From Eledone cirrhosa (taxonomy: Eukaryota), in NCBI GenBank assembly GCA_964016885.1, contig OZ024740.1, positions 90,148,001-90,212,000 of the forward strand: a DNA stretch of 64,000 nucleotides, written 5' to 3'. Shown one piece after another: positions 1-13,580 of the stretch (position 1 is its first letter; each line of letters starts with the position of its first letter). The notes below the pieces were generated by a model. It made no database searches. It saw nothing but the letters and a program-made list of their open reading frames with translations, and was not told the DNA's origin. A program made the position numbers and the translations under genes.

Positions 1-299
1 GAAGCTTTTTTTAATTTAGCTCCGTGTTTATGTTAGCTTTGTTGACACATACGCTATCATCCAGTTAGACCCAACGCAAGTAAACGGGGACATAACGCAG
101 GGCTTTGTGAGACCTACTCAAAATCAGTCTTTAAACTGATCAGCCATTCTCCTGACTCATTGGAGCGGTGGGAACTCTCACTGTCAAGCTGGAATCAGAT
201 TTATTCATTGGAAATGAGTTCATGGTTTTTTTTAAATCTGCCAGAGATCCTTCATTTGGGGCTGTCACGGCGAGAACATTTTTCTTCGCCGCATAGAAA

Positions 300-720
300 T
301 TATAATATCAAATGGCGTTGGATCCGGTTTTATGATACCGGCTTCATAGTTTCTGTAGATAGTCACTGATCTTGTGCTGATATCGTCAGTCCAGCATTCT
401 CCAATTTCAGTCCAGAAGATACTAAACACTGATAGGTTAATTTGCTGTCAACATCAGGATTGTTAGCTCTTTAAGAATACTTTCCAATGAGTTTTTTGCC
501 ATACCTCTACTTTTTTCCTTACTAACATCTTCTATACAATGACGTTTGCCTATTTTACTCTTTCTACTATTGTATTTTCATCATTAAAGGGAACGTTCGG
601 AATGTGTAGTCCATTAGAGTATATGTGTGGTTAGAATAATCAGTTCAGGATTGCCACACAGAGAAATTGATTCCTGGCATGCATTAGATCATACGTGAGA
701 ATGTTTCTTTGCATGCTCAA
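300..720 (-). mobile_element. Degraded fragment of a Dong/R4-like RLE non-LTR retrotransposon
   Basis: The reverse complement (gagctaacaatcctgatgttgac...tctggactgaaa...atatcagcacaagat) aligns by eye with 54760-55080 of the Dong-like element in this window. Many indels and stops. Confidence 0.8.
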
Positions 721-734
721 AAGAACCGGACGTT

Positions 735-952
735 CGGGGAATTAGCAGATTCGATAGCGCGTCGGACACCATACTTTGCGACATAGAGGTACGGCCTTTT
801 ATGTTCTGAGTTCAAATACCACGGATATTAGCTTTGCCTTTCATCCTCATGGGGTCGATAGAATAATGTACCATGCTTAAGGAGTCAATTTAATTGACTT
901 TCTCATCCCCACAAATTGTTGAACTTGTGCCTGAATCAGAAACCATTATATT
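735..952 (+). mobile_element. SINE (tRNA-head type, cephalopod-like family), copy 1
   Basis: B-box-like gagttcaaatacc, core ctttgcctttcatcc..ggggtcgata, 3' end cttgtgcc..agaaaccattat. Homologous to the copies at 17785 and 18376. Confidence 0.75.
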
Positions 953-1319
953 AGTTAAAACAGAAGATCTCCGAGTACTAATTGTGGGTGCGACTTACAC
1001 CTTAATTTAATAAGCAGGTATTCAGGTGATCAGACTATTTATTCATTCGTCGAAAAAACGGCAGATGATCGGGAGGAGTGTGTGTTTGGTTATTTGTTTT
1101 CAAATATGTTCGATTCGATCGTAAATGAATTAAGTAAGCAAAACATACCCATTGATTGTATAATAACTATTTATTAAAATAAATTTCGCGAAGGTAATAT
1201 ATAATCAATATACTCTACTGTTGCATGTACATACCTACATATATACGTACTGTAACACACACACACACACGATGTTTACACATATACACGCCAAACACAC
1301 ACACATATATATGTATATG

Positions 1320-1560
1320 GGTTAAGACGCCCTTCGGTCATGAATGTCCATCCATTTTGGACCAAGATGGATGACCTCCGATGCACAAGCCGGGGTAAGA
1401 TGTTTTGTGGAAGACCAACAGTCACCCACGTATACCAGTCTCCCTAGTTTATGGCACCGATGTCGTTCAAGGGAATGGCAGAGTCTGATACATCTTGAAC
1501 CAACGGCATCACTCATATCTATACGTGAGTGAACTGGTACATGCTCTAGGACTGAACACA
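1320..1560. mobile_element. Probable SINE of a second family (partial, old)
   Basis: GC-richer island after a (CA)/(TA) tract. Motifs ggaagaccaacagtcaccca and tgagtgaactgg resemble a common octopus SINE as I recall it; not verified. Confidence 0.45.
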
Positions 1561-2070
1561 CTGTCTAGTCTAAGATTCAAACACAGCTCCATAATAGTGA
1601 ATCCAATTCTCTACCCAATATGGAATGTATTCCTACCTGTACTAATTCATGATCTCGAACACTTTTCATATAAATGTTTGAATTGCTTACATATTCTGAT
1701 TAGGTGCTACATTCTATTGCTGTTAAAACCAACAATATTTCATTGAAAATAAAGGATTTGGCGTTTGTACATTCATCTATCATTAGTTTAGCTTTACGTC
1801 ATTGATGAAATGATGGTATGAATTATTGGTCAAGAAAGAAGCATAGCTTTATTAGAGTGTATGTGTCAATAAATATTTCTCCGCGAAATTATGCATTTTG
1901 TTAATTGATAAAAAATAAAGCTCTAGTTATATTCCAATAGATAAATATTAGCTTTATACAGAGAGAGACGGTGGGGATGGAGGGAGTTACAAAGAGAGAG
2001 ATAAACACACACACACATGTAGACACACTTTGATTACCTCTAGAGGCAATATTTATTTGAGTGCCGTTGA

Positions 2071-2665
<595 letters not shown>

Positions 2666-2784
2666 ATAGACATAATAACTAGAAATTGATTAACATATAA
2701 ATAAACATGAATAATCACAGGAGATAATTTTTACAAGTGTGTAAGCACACATAGCTAGGTAGGTAACGAAATAAAGTTATATAC

Positions 2785-3478
2785 ATACATGGAGAATAGA
2801 AATGGGTGTGTAGTTGCTATTTAGGGTAACTTAAAATACAGTGGGAATACGAAGCAAGCAAGAAGGTGGGGGGGGGGGCTTCCTCATCACTTGTCTACTG
2901 GGGGTCTCGAATATTTCTACGCTTTAAAGACAATATATCTCACTCCAGGGCGTCAATAAGTGGATGAGTCATTGGGAAAATGGAGGAGGGGCAAAGAAAG
3001 CCAATGAGAAGAAAAGAGGAAACAGAAAAAAAATCACCAAAAAACAAGCAAACAAACCGAGCAATCTGCTAACAACTTCAGGTAAGGAAATCCAAGAACA
3101 CTCGATAAGAGATTTTAAATTCAAGACTGAGTGGTCTAGAGAAAAAAGACACACGTCTGATCGCCGCAGTTGTAAGGGAGAAGAGAACTGCTAAACAGTC
3201 AGACGAGGGGGTGAAAGTGAGAGGGAGAAAGGGAGATGAAGAAAGTGGGGTAAGAGTAGATAGGGAGAAAGGGAGTGGAAGAAAGAGGGATGAGAAGAAA
3301 AGGTAGCGAAATGGTAGGTAGAAGGGGAGAAAATAATGGTTACAGGGAAAACATGATGAAATACATGGAGAATAGAAATGGCTGTGTAGTTGCTTTTAAG
3401 GTAACTTGAAAGGCAATGGGTATACGAAGAAAGCAAGAACAGTGGGGGGGGGGGCATTTTCCACATCAGTTGTCTACT
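2785..3478 (+). repeat. Imperfect ~115 bp direct repeats (2785-2899 and 3361-3478) around a purine-rich spacer
   Basis: Both copies read atacatggagaatagaaatgg...gcaagaa..G-run..ttgtctact. Confidence 0.8.
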
Positions 3479-3639
3479 ATATATATATATATTAGTAAAA
3501 AAGCAAAAGGAAATGCTGACAAATTTTTCCCAGTGAAAAATAGTTTAATTAGGAATAAGTATATATTAGTAATAAGTATTAGTTAGTATTCAGTTTTAGA
3601 TTTAAGGTTTTACTGGTTGCGCATTTCTTATGCTTTTCA

Positions 3640-6600
3640 AAAAATAATTTTGAGATAGAGTGCGCGTGATTTTTGCATAAAGGAGCAGTTCAACTAGAAC
3701 CCTTGCGAATGCCGGATGATGAGGTGTCACCGGAGTTTAAAATACTAAGTATGTGGGGTGATCAAGGAGACAGTGGTAGATTACTGCGCAAATATTCGCG
3801 GCAAATTAACAATTCATTAGCTTTAGCATCGCAGAGAGTTAGTGAGATGTTTGAGAGTGGAGCATGGCAACCGAATGTAGTCATTCAAGGCTGTTTGTAT
3901 CATTGTATCGGTAATTTAGAAGTTACCTCAGGAGAGAGGTCTCGATTCGCTCGAATTTACGTTAACGATCCTGATTATAAAGAATCGGAGGAGGATATCA
4001 GGATCGGTTGGATGAAGTTGCCGGGAAATATAACTGAACTTGAACGGCAAAGGTTAAGTGATTTGATCCGTGATTTGCAATCATGGCTTAGACAGTGTAT
4101 TCCTTATGTTATGGATTTCATGTTGGTGGCTGAACCGCAACATGTTCAGCAGCAAACGTTGGAGATTAAGGCTAACGCAGTGCCAAGGAATCAACAGGAA
4201 TGGCGATATAATGCCCCTGAAGGATTTCGTGAAGTTGCTGTGTTGATGGATGAAAAGCCTGGATCGAGAGATATCGTCCTCAATCGCAGATATGGTGGTC
4301 TCAAGACTATCAATGAGTCAAATAGGGCATACGATCCATTGCATTATGTTCTTTTATTCCCAAAAGGTGAAAATGGATGGAACATGTTTGTTCATTTAGA
4401 TGATCATCAGAATCAGCATCAACAGGGAGGTGGCAATAGAAACGGCTTTTACGCGTTCCATTTGAACGACAGGAATCAACAGAGAAATGCGCTATTTCAA
4501 GCCAGCAGATTGTTCCAGGAATACTGTTGTATGGCATTCACAAAGATCGAAAATCAAAGGCTAAAGTATATAGCTACACATCAGCAACATATCAGAGCTG
4601 AATAGTATAATAATATACAGGACGCGATAACAGCCGATGATGCCAATTACAAGCAAATTGGTCGACGCATCATTTTGCCATCGTCATTCATCGGCGGCCC
4701 GTGATATATGAACCTTCGCCATCAGGATGCAATGGCTATTGTCAGAAAGTTTGGAAAGCCAGATTTGTTTATAATGGTTGCATGCAATCCTGAATGAACT
4801 GATATTAAGGATGCACTTTTGCCAAGACAACAGCCAAAGGACCATCCTGATATTGTGCACTACGCAACTTGGTGGTAAAGTCAATGGCGCACAACCAATG
4901 CGGAGTGGCAAATCGGAAAGCGCCTTGCCTGAAAAATGACCAATGCAGTAAGCTCTTTCTGAAATCTTTTGTCACGAACACTTCCTGGAACGATGGGGAT
5001 GCTCATCCCTCATACAGAAGACGGTCGCCTGCAGATGGCGGTTTGGTCGAAAATGTAAACGGTCGACAGGTTACAAATCAATGGGTTGTGCCATACAATC
5101 CATATTTAATTATGGAACATCGTTTTCATATTAATGTGGAAATGTGTAGCTCAGTGAAACATTGAAAATATCTATTCAAATATGTTTACAAAGGTCATGA
5201 TCGGGCAATGATCAATGTCAGCAATGAGGAGGCGAACCAAGGAGATGAAGTTGGCAGGTTCCAGGATGTACGCTCGATTGGATCTAGCGAAGCTTGCTGG
5301 AGATTGTTCGATTTTGATCACAATGAATGCAAACCCAGCGTTCAGAAACTGACGGTTCACTTAGAGAATAAGCAAATAGTCTGTTTTCAGGGCACTAGAT
5401 GAGGTGTCGAAATAATTGCTAACCCACCACCACCTAAGACGGAATTGACTGAGTGGTTCAAGCATAATAGGGAACATGCTTTGAACCCGGATCAAAGGCA
5501 ACTCTACTGCGATTTCCCTTCGCACTATACGTGGGATAAGAAGGGAAAGAAATAGAATGATAGAAAACAAAAGGTGAGATTCATGACTACTGGACGTGTT
5601 TGTAATGTCCATCAAACATATGGTGATGTGTTATATCTCCGAATTCTGTTGCATAGTGATTTTTCTAAGGTAAACAGAGCTTCGCTGATTTGAAAACAAT
5701 CAATGGCGTGGAATATGAAACATACCAGGCTGTGTGTCAGCATCTGGGACTCCTTCAGGATGACGCTCAATGGAATAACGCCATGGAAGCTACAGGGACA
5801 ACACAGATGCCAGCTCAAATAAGGCAGTTGTTTGTCACGATTATGGGATTCTGCAATTCTGCCGATCCAAGAGAGTTGTTTGAATGCCATTGGGAAATTA
5901 TGGCTGATGATTTTAGGCATCATCTTCAGGTCGATGATGAAAATTTGATGAAAGCTAATGTTTTGCTCAATATTGAGCAATTGCTTGAAGTTCATTTCAA
6001 ATGTTTAACAGATTTCAATTTGACAATTCCCGATGAAGAAATGCGGCAACGTGTTTTAGCATTGAACATGAGATGCAGGTTAAACGGTTGCCACTCGATC
6101 GGAGGGAACTATTCCCGTTTGATCCACTGGAACAGCAACGTATTGTGGATGAACATATACCAATGGTGACCTAATCTCCACTCGATTTCCACTAATGAGC
6201 AACTTTGTGCTTTCATAGATGCTCCAGGAGGCACCGGAAATACATTCTGTTTCAACACTATGTTATCCGCGGTCAGAGCTCAGAGGAAGATTGCTCTCCC
6301 TGTGTCCAGCAGTGGGGTCGCTGCCACTTTGCTGAGTGGTGGAAGGACCTTCCACTCATGATTCAAGGCTCCATTGGCTCCGGATGAGTTGAGTGTCTGT
6401 AACATTACAGGACAAAGTGAACTCACGGGCATTATACGCAATATGTCTCTGATTAATTGGGACGAGGATCCAATGGCACACAGATATTTGCTGGAGGCAT
6501 TGGACTGAACTTTGAGAGATATCTGCGGTAGTGACCTTCCATTCGCTGGTAAGACTATCGTTGTTGGTGGCGATTTCAGACAGGTGCTACAAATTGTTAG

Positions 6601-7489
6601 GAATGTTCAAAGAGCGCAAATTGTCGACGCATGTCTAAAAAAGTCCCCGTTGTGGCACTATTTCAGAGTTTTGCGATTACACGATAATGTTCGACTTCGT
6701 ATGTTCGGGCAAAACGAAGAGGCTCAGGCATATGGTTGATGCAGTTGGGAAAAGATGAATTGCCACACGTTGGTGATAATCAGACTGTAAGAATCCCAGA
6801 CCGTGTGCTTATGCCACTGGACCGCCAAGCATTCATTGACTGGGTGTTCCCTAATTTGAATGCTTTTTGGCAGAATATCTCCTGGATATCGGAAAGCGAT
6901 ATTCTAACTCATACGAGTGCAACGGTCGATGAAATAAATTCACAAGTAGCCGGAATGTTTCCTGGAGAGGAATAGTTGACCGTCAGTGCAGATGCAATGG
7001 AGCCTAATCAGCAGAACAATGTGGATTTTCCGACTGAGTATCTGAATTCACTTCAAATAAATACCCGGATTCCCCCCACATATTTTGAGGTTGAAAACGG
7101 GTATGTCGATTATATTGCTTAGAAATATCAATCATAAAATGGGTCTTTGCAATGGTACCAGATTGATTGTTGAGAGATTGATTAACGGAAGAGTTTTAGA
7201 AGCTAAACTCCCAAGCAGAGAGGAATCGGTTCTCATTCTGAGGATCATGCTGAGACCAAGTGAAGATCTGCTGCCATTCATTTGGCAAAGGAGACAGTTT
7301 CCCGTTAATTTGGCCTGCTCCATGAATGTTAACAAGGCACAGGGACAGACTTTCAAGCGAGACGGTGTCTACTTGAATGATCCAGCATTCAGCCATGTGC
7401 AACTGTATGTTGCTGGATCTCGAGTGTGCGATCCTGATGGTATAACATTTGCAATTGATACCACTAACAGAGTATTACAGTATTGGTAA
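3640..7489 (+). pseudogene. Helitron Rep/Helicase (RepHel) pseudogene of a dead autonomous Helitron
   Basis: YDPLHYVLLFPKGENGW, RLFQEY, Rep motif 1 FGKPDLFI, NQWVVPYNPY, motif 3 KYLFKYVYKGHD. PIF1 motifs DAPGGTG, SSGVAATLL, GGDFRQ, LCNGTRL, NKAQGQT, FSHVQLYVA. Many stops and frameshifts. Confidence 0.95.
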
Positions 7490-8091
7490 ACATTGCTTTC
7501 ACTGCTATGTTGCGCAATAAATACCAACAATAATTGGTAGAAATTGCCTTCACTGATATGAATATTTGACATAAATGATTCAGACATTGGTGTCCTTTGA
7601 TCAGTATTTTGAGCTTTGACAGAGTTATCATTTCTGTTCAAATTCATTTATTGTCGATAATGAGCAAAAAAAAAACAGTTTGGTAGACATTGCCTTCAGA
7701 TTTATCGCTTCTGATAGCGGTGGTAATAAAACCTCATCATATGCTGAGTCTGGCAAAACTTTTGGTGCTTATGGTCGGCCAGGGCTAGAAGAGTAATATT
7801 GAAAAACGATTCTATTTTTGATGTAGAAGGATCCGCTATCTGGAGTTCAAACCAGGCCACCTCCCCGAGTTGAATTCTGGCCAATATTGACTGTCTGTTA
7901 CTCAGTGGCTAAGAGCCAGGAAATTACTGAATACATTTTTGTGTCATATAATTTGTTGTTTTATTATTATAGCTGACCACTTATAGATACGCATGTTATC
8001 CATATCCATATTAATTTGGCATTTGTATAAACCATTTCAAGTAAATAGGGACCTTTGTTACATTGACGGACATTTTAATATATATTAATTA

Positions 8092-8450
8092 TCTATATCT
8101 ATATACACATATAATATAAAAGATTGGAACTTCCATCATCCTTTTGGGAAACGTGGAACAACCACGTCTATGCAATGATACACGTTTTACAGTCAGGCAG
8201 AAGATGAACCATCTGCTAGAGGTCACTATTCTAGGTGGGAGCACCTACAATTGTTCATATACTATGCACAAACGGTACAACGAAGAATCTGGTATATCTG
8301 GAAGATTTGTTTTACTATTTTTTGTATCACACAGACAGAACGGACTCGCCTCATACTGTAACCAGACAAACATCCAATACAGTCCTTTTCTCTTTTACCT
8401 GTCTTCTCTTATCATCTGTTTACTCGGGAGAAGCTGGGTACGTCAGCTAG
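8092..8450 (+). mobile_element. Short non-autonomous Helitron
   Basis: 5' A|TCTATATCTATATA, internal PIF1 remnant (PRLCNDTR..LEVTILGG), imperfect 3' hairpin tactcgg..ctgggta, then CTAG|T. Confidence 0.75.
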
Positions 8451-8920
8451 TCTATATATTAATATGAACAATGTCAGTATTCCGTCATAATTCTCGATTA
8501 TCATTGGTTCATAGGATTAAAAGGACTCCGCCCACCTCAACGAGGCCAAACTTAAATTAATATGCCAATGAGGGAGTGAGAGGGGAGAGAGAGAGGCAAA
8601 GTAACGCTGTGTTTGGATACACTATGTATATGTGTCAGTGTAGAGACATGTGTGTGTGTGGAAATAAGAGGGGAAGGAAAGCACTAACTATTAACACGTG
8701 TGCGTGTGTATGTACGTGCGCGTATGTTTATCTGTGTGCGTGCGTGCAGCGTTCCACAGCAAGTAACAACTATCAACATGTGTGAGTGTGTGCGTGTGTG
8801 TAAGTTTGCGTACGTGTGCGCGTTTCCATGCGTGTATGTGTGTGGCGTTCCATAATCGCCACGCAGTTTATCTGTCTGTGTGCCTGTCTGTAAGTCTAAG
8901 ATACACAGAGTTGTGAAAGA

Positions 8921-9305
8921 AGTAAATAGGAACCTTTTTTTACATTGACGGACATATTTTATATAAATTATCTATATCTATATCTACATATATTATAAAA
9001 GATTGGAATTTCCATCATCCTTTTAAGAAACGTGAAAACAACCACGCCTATGCAATGATACACGTTTTATAGTCAGGCAGAAGATGAACCATCACCTAGA
9101 GGTCACTATTCTAGGTTGGAGCACCTAGAATTGTTCATATACTATGCACAAACGGTACAACGAACAATCTGGTATATCTGTAAGATTTGTTTTACTGTTT
9201 TTGGTATCACACAGACACCACGGACTCGCCTCATACTGTAACCAGACAAACATCCAATACAGTCATTTTCTCTTGTACCTGTCTTCTCTTATCATCTGTT
9301 TACCC
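8921..9305 (+). repeat. Second, 3'-truncated copy of 8040-8425 (Helitron plus 50 bp of upstream flank)
   Basis: Near-identical to 8040-8425. Ends at ttaccc before a (TG)n tract (9310-9390). Confidence 0.85.
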
Positions 9306-9397
<92 letters not shown>

Positions 9398-9879
9398 TGT
9401 TAGATATTGATTTAACAATGAACATAACTTCACTTTGTTGTTAATATTTTCATTGTGAAATTAATACCTAAAATCAGACTCTGTATCTAAGGAATTAACT
9501 CAGCGGAACACGGAAGCTTTCTATGGATTTCACTGATTACTCCGCATCTGGTTACATTGAGTTCTATTTACGGTACGGACCTTACCACGAAAGGTAGACC
9601 ACATTAAAAAAAATGTATATATATATATATATATATATAAATATATATATATATAGAGATAGAGAGGGGGGGGGAGTGAGATATATATACGGAGGGTGGC
9701 GTAGAGAGAGAGCGAGAGAGAGTGACGTCTAGTGATTTATATATAGGTATATACACATATATAAACATTCCTGTTTTACCTAAATATAACATTTATATTA
9801 AATTCTCATAACACTTAACATTATATTAAATTTCATTTTGTACGCAGAGTTCCTACGAGATGAAGAATGATATTTAACT

Positions 9880-10535
9880 AATGTATTGGTACGCGATGGG
9901 GCCCACCCACAGCCCCGGTGGACAGAATGGAGAAGGCGTTTCCCCGGAGGACAGCAAGGGAGACGCGCTGGAAAAGCCACTCCAACTCGCGGGGCTCACA
10001 CCTGCGGTTGGCCAGCTCAGCGCCTATGGTGGTGAGTATTGAGGTAGCCCTGTGGACAAGGACACCAGGAGTTTCCACTGCCAGGGGAACGACCGCAAAC
10101 CTGTCGGAGAGCCACTGGTATTTGGGGAGTTTGGCCTCCTCAGCCCGACGTGCAGCAAAACCTGGCTTAGTCGCAGACTGTACCAGATTGCGGCTGCAGA
10201 AAATGTCGGTACAAGTGGCATCCCAGACGAGGGGTTTGCCACCGCGGAACGGGAAGATGGTCATGCCATCTGGCCTTTTGCCGTCCCCTCAATCCAGCCC
10301 CACCGGCTCGAGCTTGGAAGGGAAGCCTGCAGCGTCCAAGCCATGCTTAATGTCCTCATTGAGGGCAGCATGGCGTGGAATGCGGCCGGCACTGTGGATA
10401 CAGGAAATCGTGTGGAGGCCGACAGTGTCCACGGTGGAACCGCATCGACATTGGTGTGGCTGGCAGATCCGGAGGCTGAGCCTCAGGGAGACGCCGATTC
10501 GCAGGCTATGGTTGTCTAGCTGCGTGCCAGTGGAG
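9880..10535 (-). mobile_element. 3' coding fragment of a CRE-like RLE non-LTR retrotransposon
   Basis: Minus frame gives a CRCG..D..GLH..SC zinc knuckle, RHAALN, RPDGMTIFPFRGGKPLVWDATC, PLAVET and FQRVSLAVLRGNA. GC-rich island. Confidence 0.8.
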
Positions 10536-10729
10536 AAGGAGGGAAGGGCATGGAGCCAGGCATCACTGTGGGGTTTGGATATTAAATATATTTCTACAAT
10601 TTCAGTCTGATTTTCAAGCTTGGTTTTCTACATACGTGTGTCAATTTCCTATTAATACTTATATTGAGAATATTATGAATACCACAATCACACTCTTCCA
10701 TTTACAATATAAAATCGTACTGCTATCTA

Positions 10730-12003
10730 CAGGCTGCGGACGGTATTTGAGGACAGACTTATCGTTAAAAAAAACGCTTATATGATAACAGAAAAAAAAC
10801 TGTATTGTATTCTTATAAAATTAACATGAACATAAAGCGATATTTTCAATTTAATAATTCCATTCAATAAAACCACCATAAGTATCAATAACTATCTCTA
10901 GAAGGGGTAAAAATTGTTTGCAAGCTCGGATTAAGTGATCCTTGTTCAATCGGACATGACTCGAATTATGGGGGCTTTCAAAGAATCTTTGGTACTATGA
11001 GGGTGATCATTGACATTTTCCTCAACGATGCTCCATACATTGTAATCCAGTGGATTGAGACCTGGAGAATTGGCAGGCCAAATGTTTGGGGTGATGTGAT
11101 CATGCAAATTGTCGGCCATCCATTCTTGTGTCATTTGAGCTTTGTGTGGTGGTGCAGAATTTGGTTGAAAGACATAAGGCCTTCCATTGCATTCACTGTT
11201 GTTCCAAGGCTTAACAACTTTATCTAGAACCTCAATATATGCCACAGTATTCACCCTAAGGCTTTGTGGAAAAAGGTGAGGAGTTATCACATGTTCTTCA
11301 TTGCTAACAACACCCAAAACCATGATACTTGCAGGAAATGTTGTGTGCATTACTCTTGGAACATCAGAAGGGTCTGCGCATAGCCACCTGTCATTTCCTC
11401 TGTTAGCTCTCTGGTCCTGGTCAAACTTTTTCTCATCTGAGAAGAACCAAATCAGACAATCTTCTGATGGATTTTTTAGATTGTTTACAAGTCTTTTGGA
11501 TCTGATTAAATGCTTTTCTTTTGTTTTTTACTGACATGAATCGACCTCTACTTATCACGTAAGATTTGTATCTGATGTCTTCATGCACAACATTTCTGAT
11601 TGTTTTTTCTAACACACCAAATCGTTTTGCAATTGACCTCATTGATTTTCCTCGATTGTCATCAATGGTTTGCTTGACTTCCTGAATATATTCAGGTGCC
11701 CTGATAGAATCAGAGCATTTGGAATGTTTTTTTAACGTTTTGATACAGGTAATACGCTTGCATCTTCTTTCTCTAACTCACACCGAATATTGTGGACAAA
11801 AGATCTTGCAACATTCAGAAAACGAGAAATCTCTAAATCCCCATATTTAGCCTTCAAAGCCACAATCACAACATGCCTTTTCATTTCATTAGTAAGCATA
11901 GTTATTTTCATTGTTATTTTTCTGAAATGGAAGCTCAATAAAAATTAGTCAAATAAAATAATGACTAAAAATACATGTATCCTCAAATACCGTCTGCAGC
12001 CTG
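10730..12003 (-). mobile_element. Tc1/mariner superfamily transposon, DD37D (maT) type, full length but decayed
   Basis: 24-bp TIRs caggctgcggacggtatttgagga / tcctcaaataccgtctgcagcctg (1 mismatch), TA at the left end. Transposase motifs FFSDEK, FQ.(D>N)SAP.H and WP.NSP.LNPLDY, with 37 aa between the 2nd and 3rd catalytic positions. Confidence 0.92.
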
Positions 12004-12349
12004 GATGATAGGCGTAATTTATAGAAGGGTTTCAAATTTATGAAAATGCGACTGAAATAAAATTACATGTTAAATTCCTGAAATACTCGGGTGAGGGTTC
12101 TCCATTCACTATAGTAAAAAAAAACGTAGTTAATTTAGACTTATTAGCCTCTTCTATTACATGTTGTGTTACATGATATTGTTTGTAATCGAGCTATGAA
12201 TTATTGATGAAGAAATTAGCATAGCATTATCTGAGTACATATATCAATATATATTTCTGAAAACAATTTTGCATGTTGTTAACTGACAAGCAATAAAAGC
12301 TTTGTAATATTCCAATATTGAATCTATTTTTCCTGCTAGAAAATAGATA

Positions 12350-13580
12350 GCTACGTTAAACGACAATCGGTAATATGTACAAGCCCAATCAATTTAATGT
12401 CGAATGGCGACATATCAGTTGACTCCATAATACACTCATTTCCTAATATTACCGTGTTTATCAGAATTCCTAGTACCGTAAACCGAAAGAAATATGATGC
12501 CCTATCAATGTCTCGAAATAGGATGTTCAGAGAAAACTGGCTCATATCAGTTTTAAGAAATGAGGCTGGCTACTTGTCAAGTAAATGTAAAAACAAATCT
12601 CCTATAAATTATGTTTCTTTCAGTCGGATGAAGCATGCGTTTAGAATAGTCACGTTTAATTATATCTTTTTTCTTAATACATTTTCCCTTTTCACTGAAT
12701 CTTTTTTCTTTATTTTGTATGACTTCAAAGATATACAAATTTCTGCATCTTTTTTATGTGCGTCAATTTTGTTTTCATACATTTTGTTAGAAGAGTTGTA
12801 TTGCGATCTGCTTTGAAGAGCATGGAATCTTTGACTATTTTCAACCGTATTTTCCTTATGTTCGCATTTGTGTTTAGTGCAGACTGGTAAGACTGAGTTT
12901 CTTATTCTTAGCAGTTTTGCTATATCTTAGTTACATCTGATCCTTAATTTGATCGGACGATGATCTGATTATAGTGGTGAGAAAGAGTTATATGTTTCAT
13001 ATTTCATATTTCGGTCTGATTTATACTGTAAGCAATTCGCATTAAGTATGTATTGTCCCGTATTTGCATTAAACTCTTGTGTGACGAGAGTTTGGCTGTA
13101 TTTTGAAACTTTACGTATCAAACCTAAACGTCCGTTGGAAAATATTTCAGCAATCTCTCATTCTGAATTACTTGTATGTCTGTAACTACCGACTATGATT
13201 ATCTATCGATTTCCAGTGAATGTTTCTCGCATTATTATTCGTGTTATAGACTCAATGCAGAGCATGTGTCCTTCGCTCTTGGACTTAAAACCCTGCCTAC
13301 TTCACCAATGGTTGTATTATTTTGAGTTTCCTCAGCTGTGCTATACACAAGATTCCAGCCTTTTAGTGTATCATGATATTATAATAGGTATGGTAATGTT
13401 GAGCTTCTTGTACGCATGTACCTTCAATTGGGCAAAGCTCGTGGAGTTCTGTAATTTCATCTGTTTCATTTGGGTTATTTAGTGTCCTAGTGTAGGCAGA
13501 AATTATATTCATAAATTTCATGCATTTTAGTAGGGATCCAGTAACCAACTTTTGCACCGCATCCAGTGTCAACTCAGGGC
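12350..13580 (-). mobile_element. Old LINE remnant (APE endonuclease region, RTE-like)
   Basis: ORF 13363-13572 (NIISAYTRTL...CVQEA) resembles an APE N-terminus. Minus-strand YNSFSPL*SDHRPI near 12950-12990 is the APE C-terminal SDH motif. Confidence 0.6.

Noticed and set aside
2785-3478. Direct repeats considered as LTRs of a TRIM
   Set aside because: No clear TG...CA termini, primer-binding site or TSD. More likely subterminal repeats linked to the adjacent Helitron.
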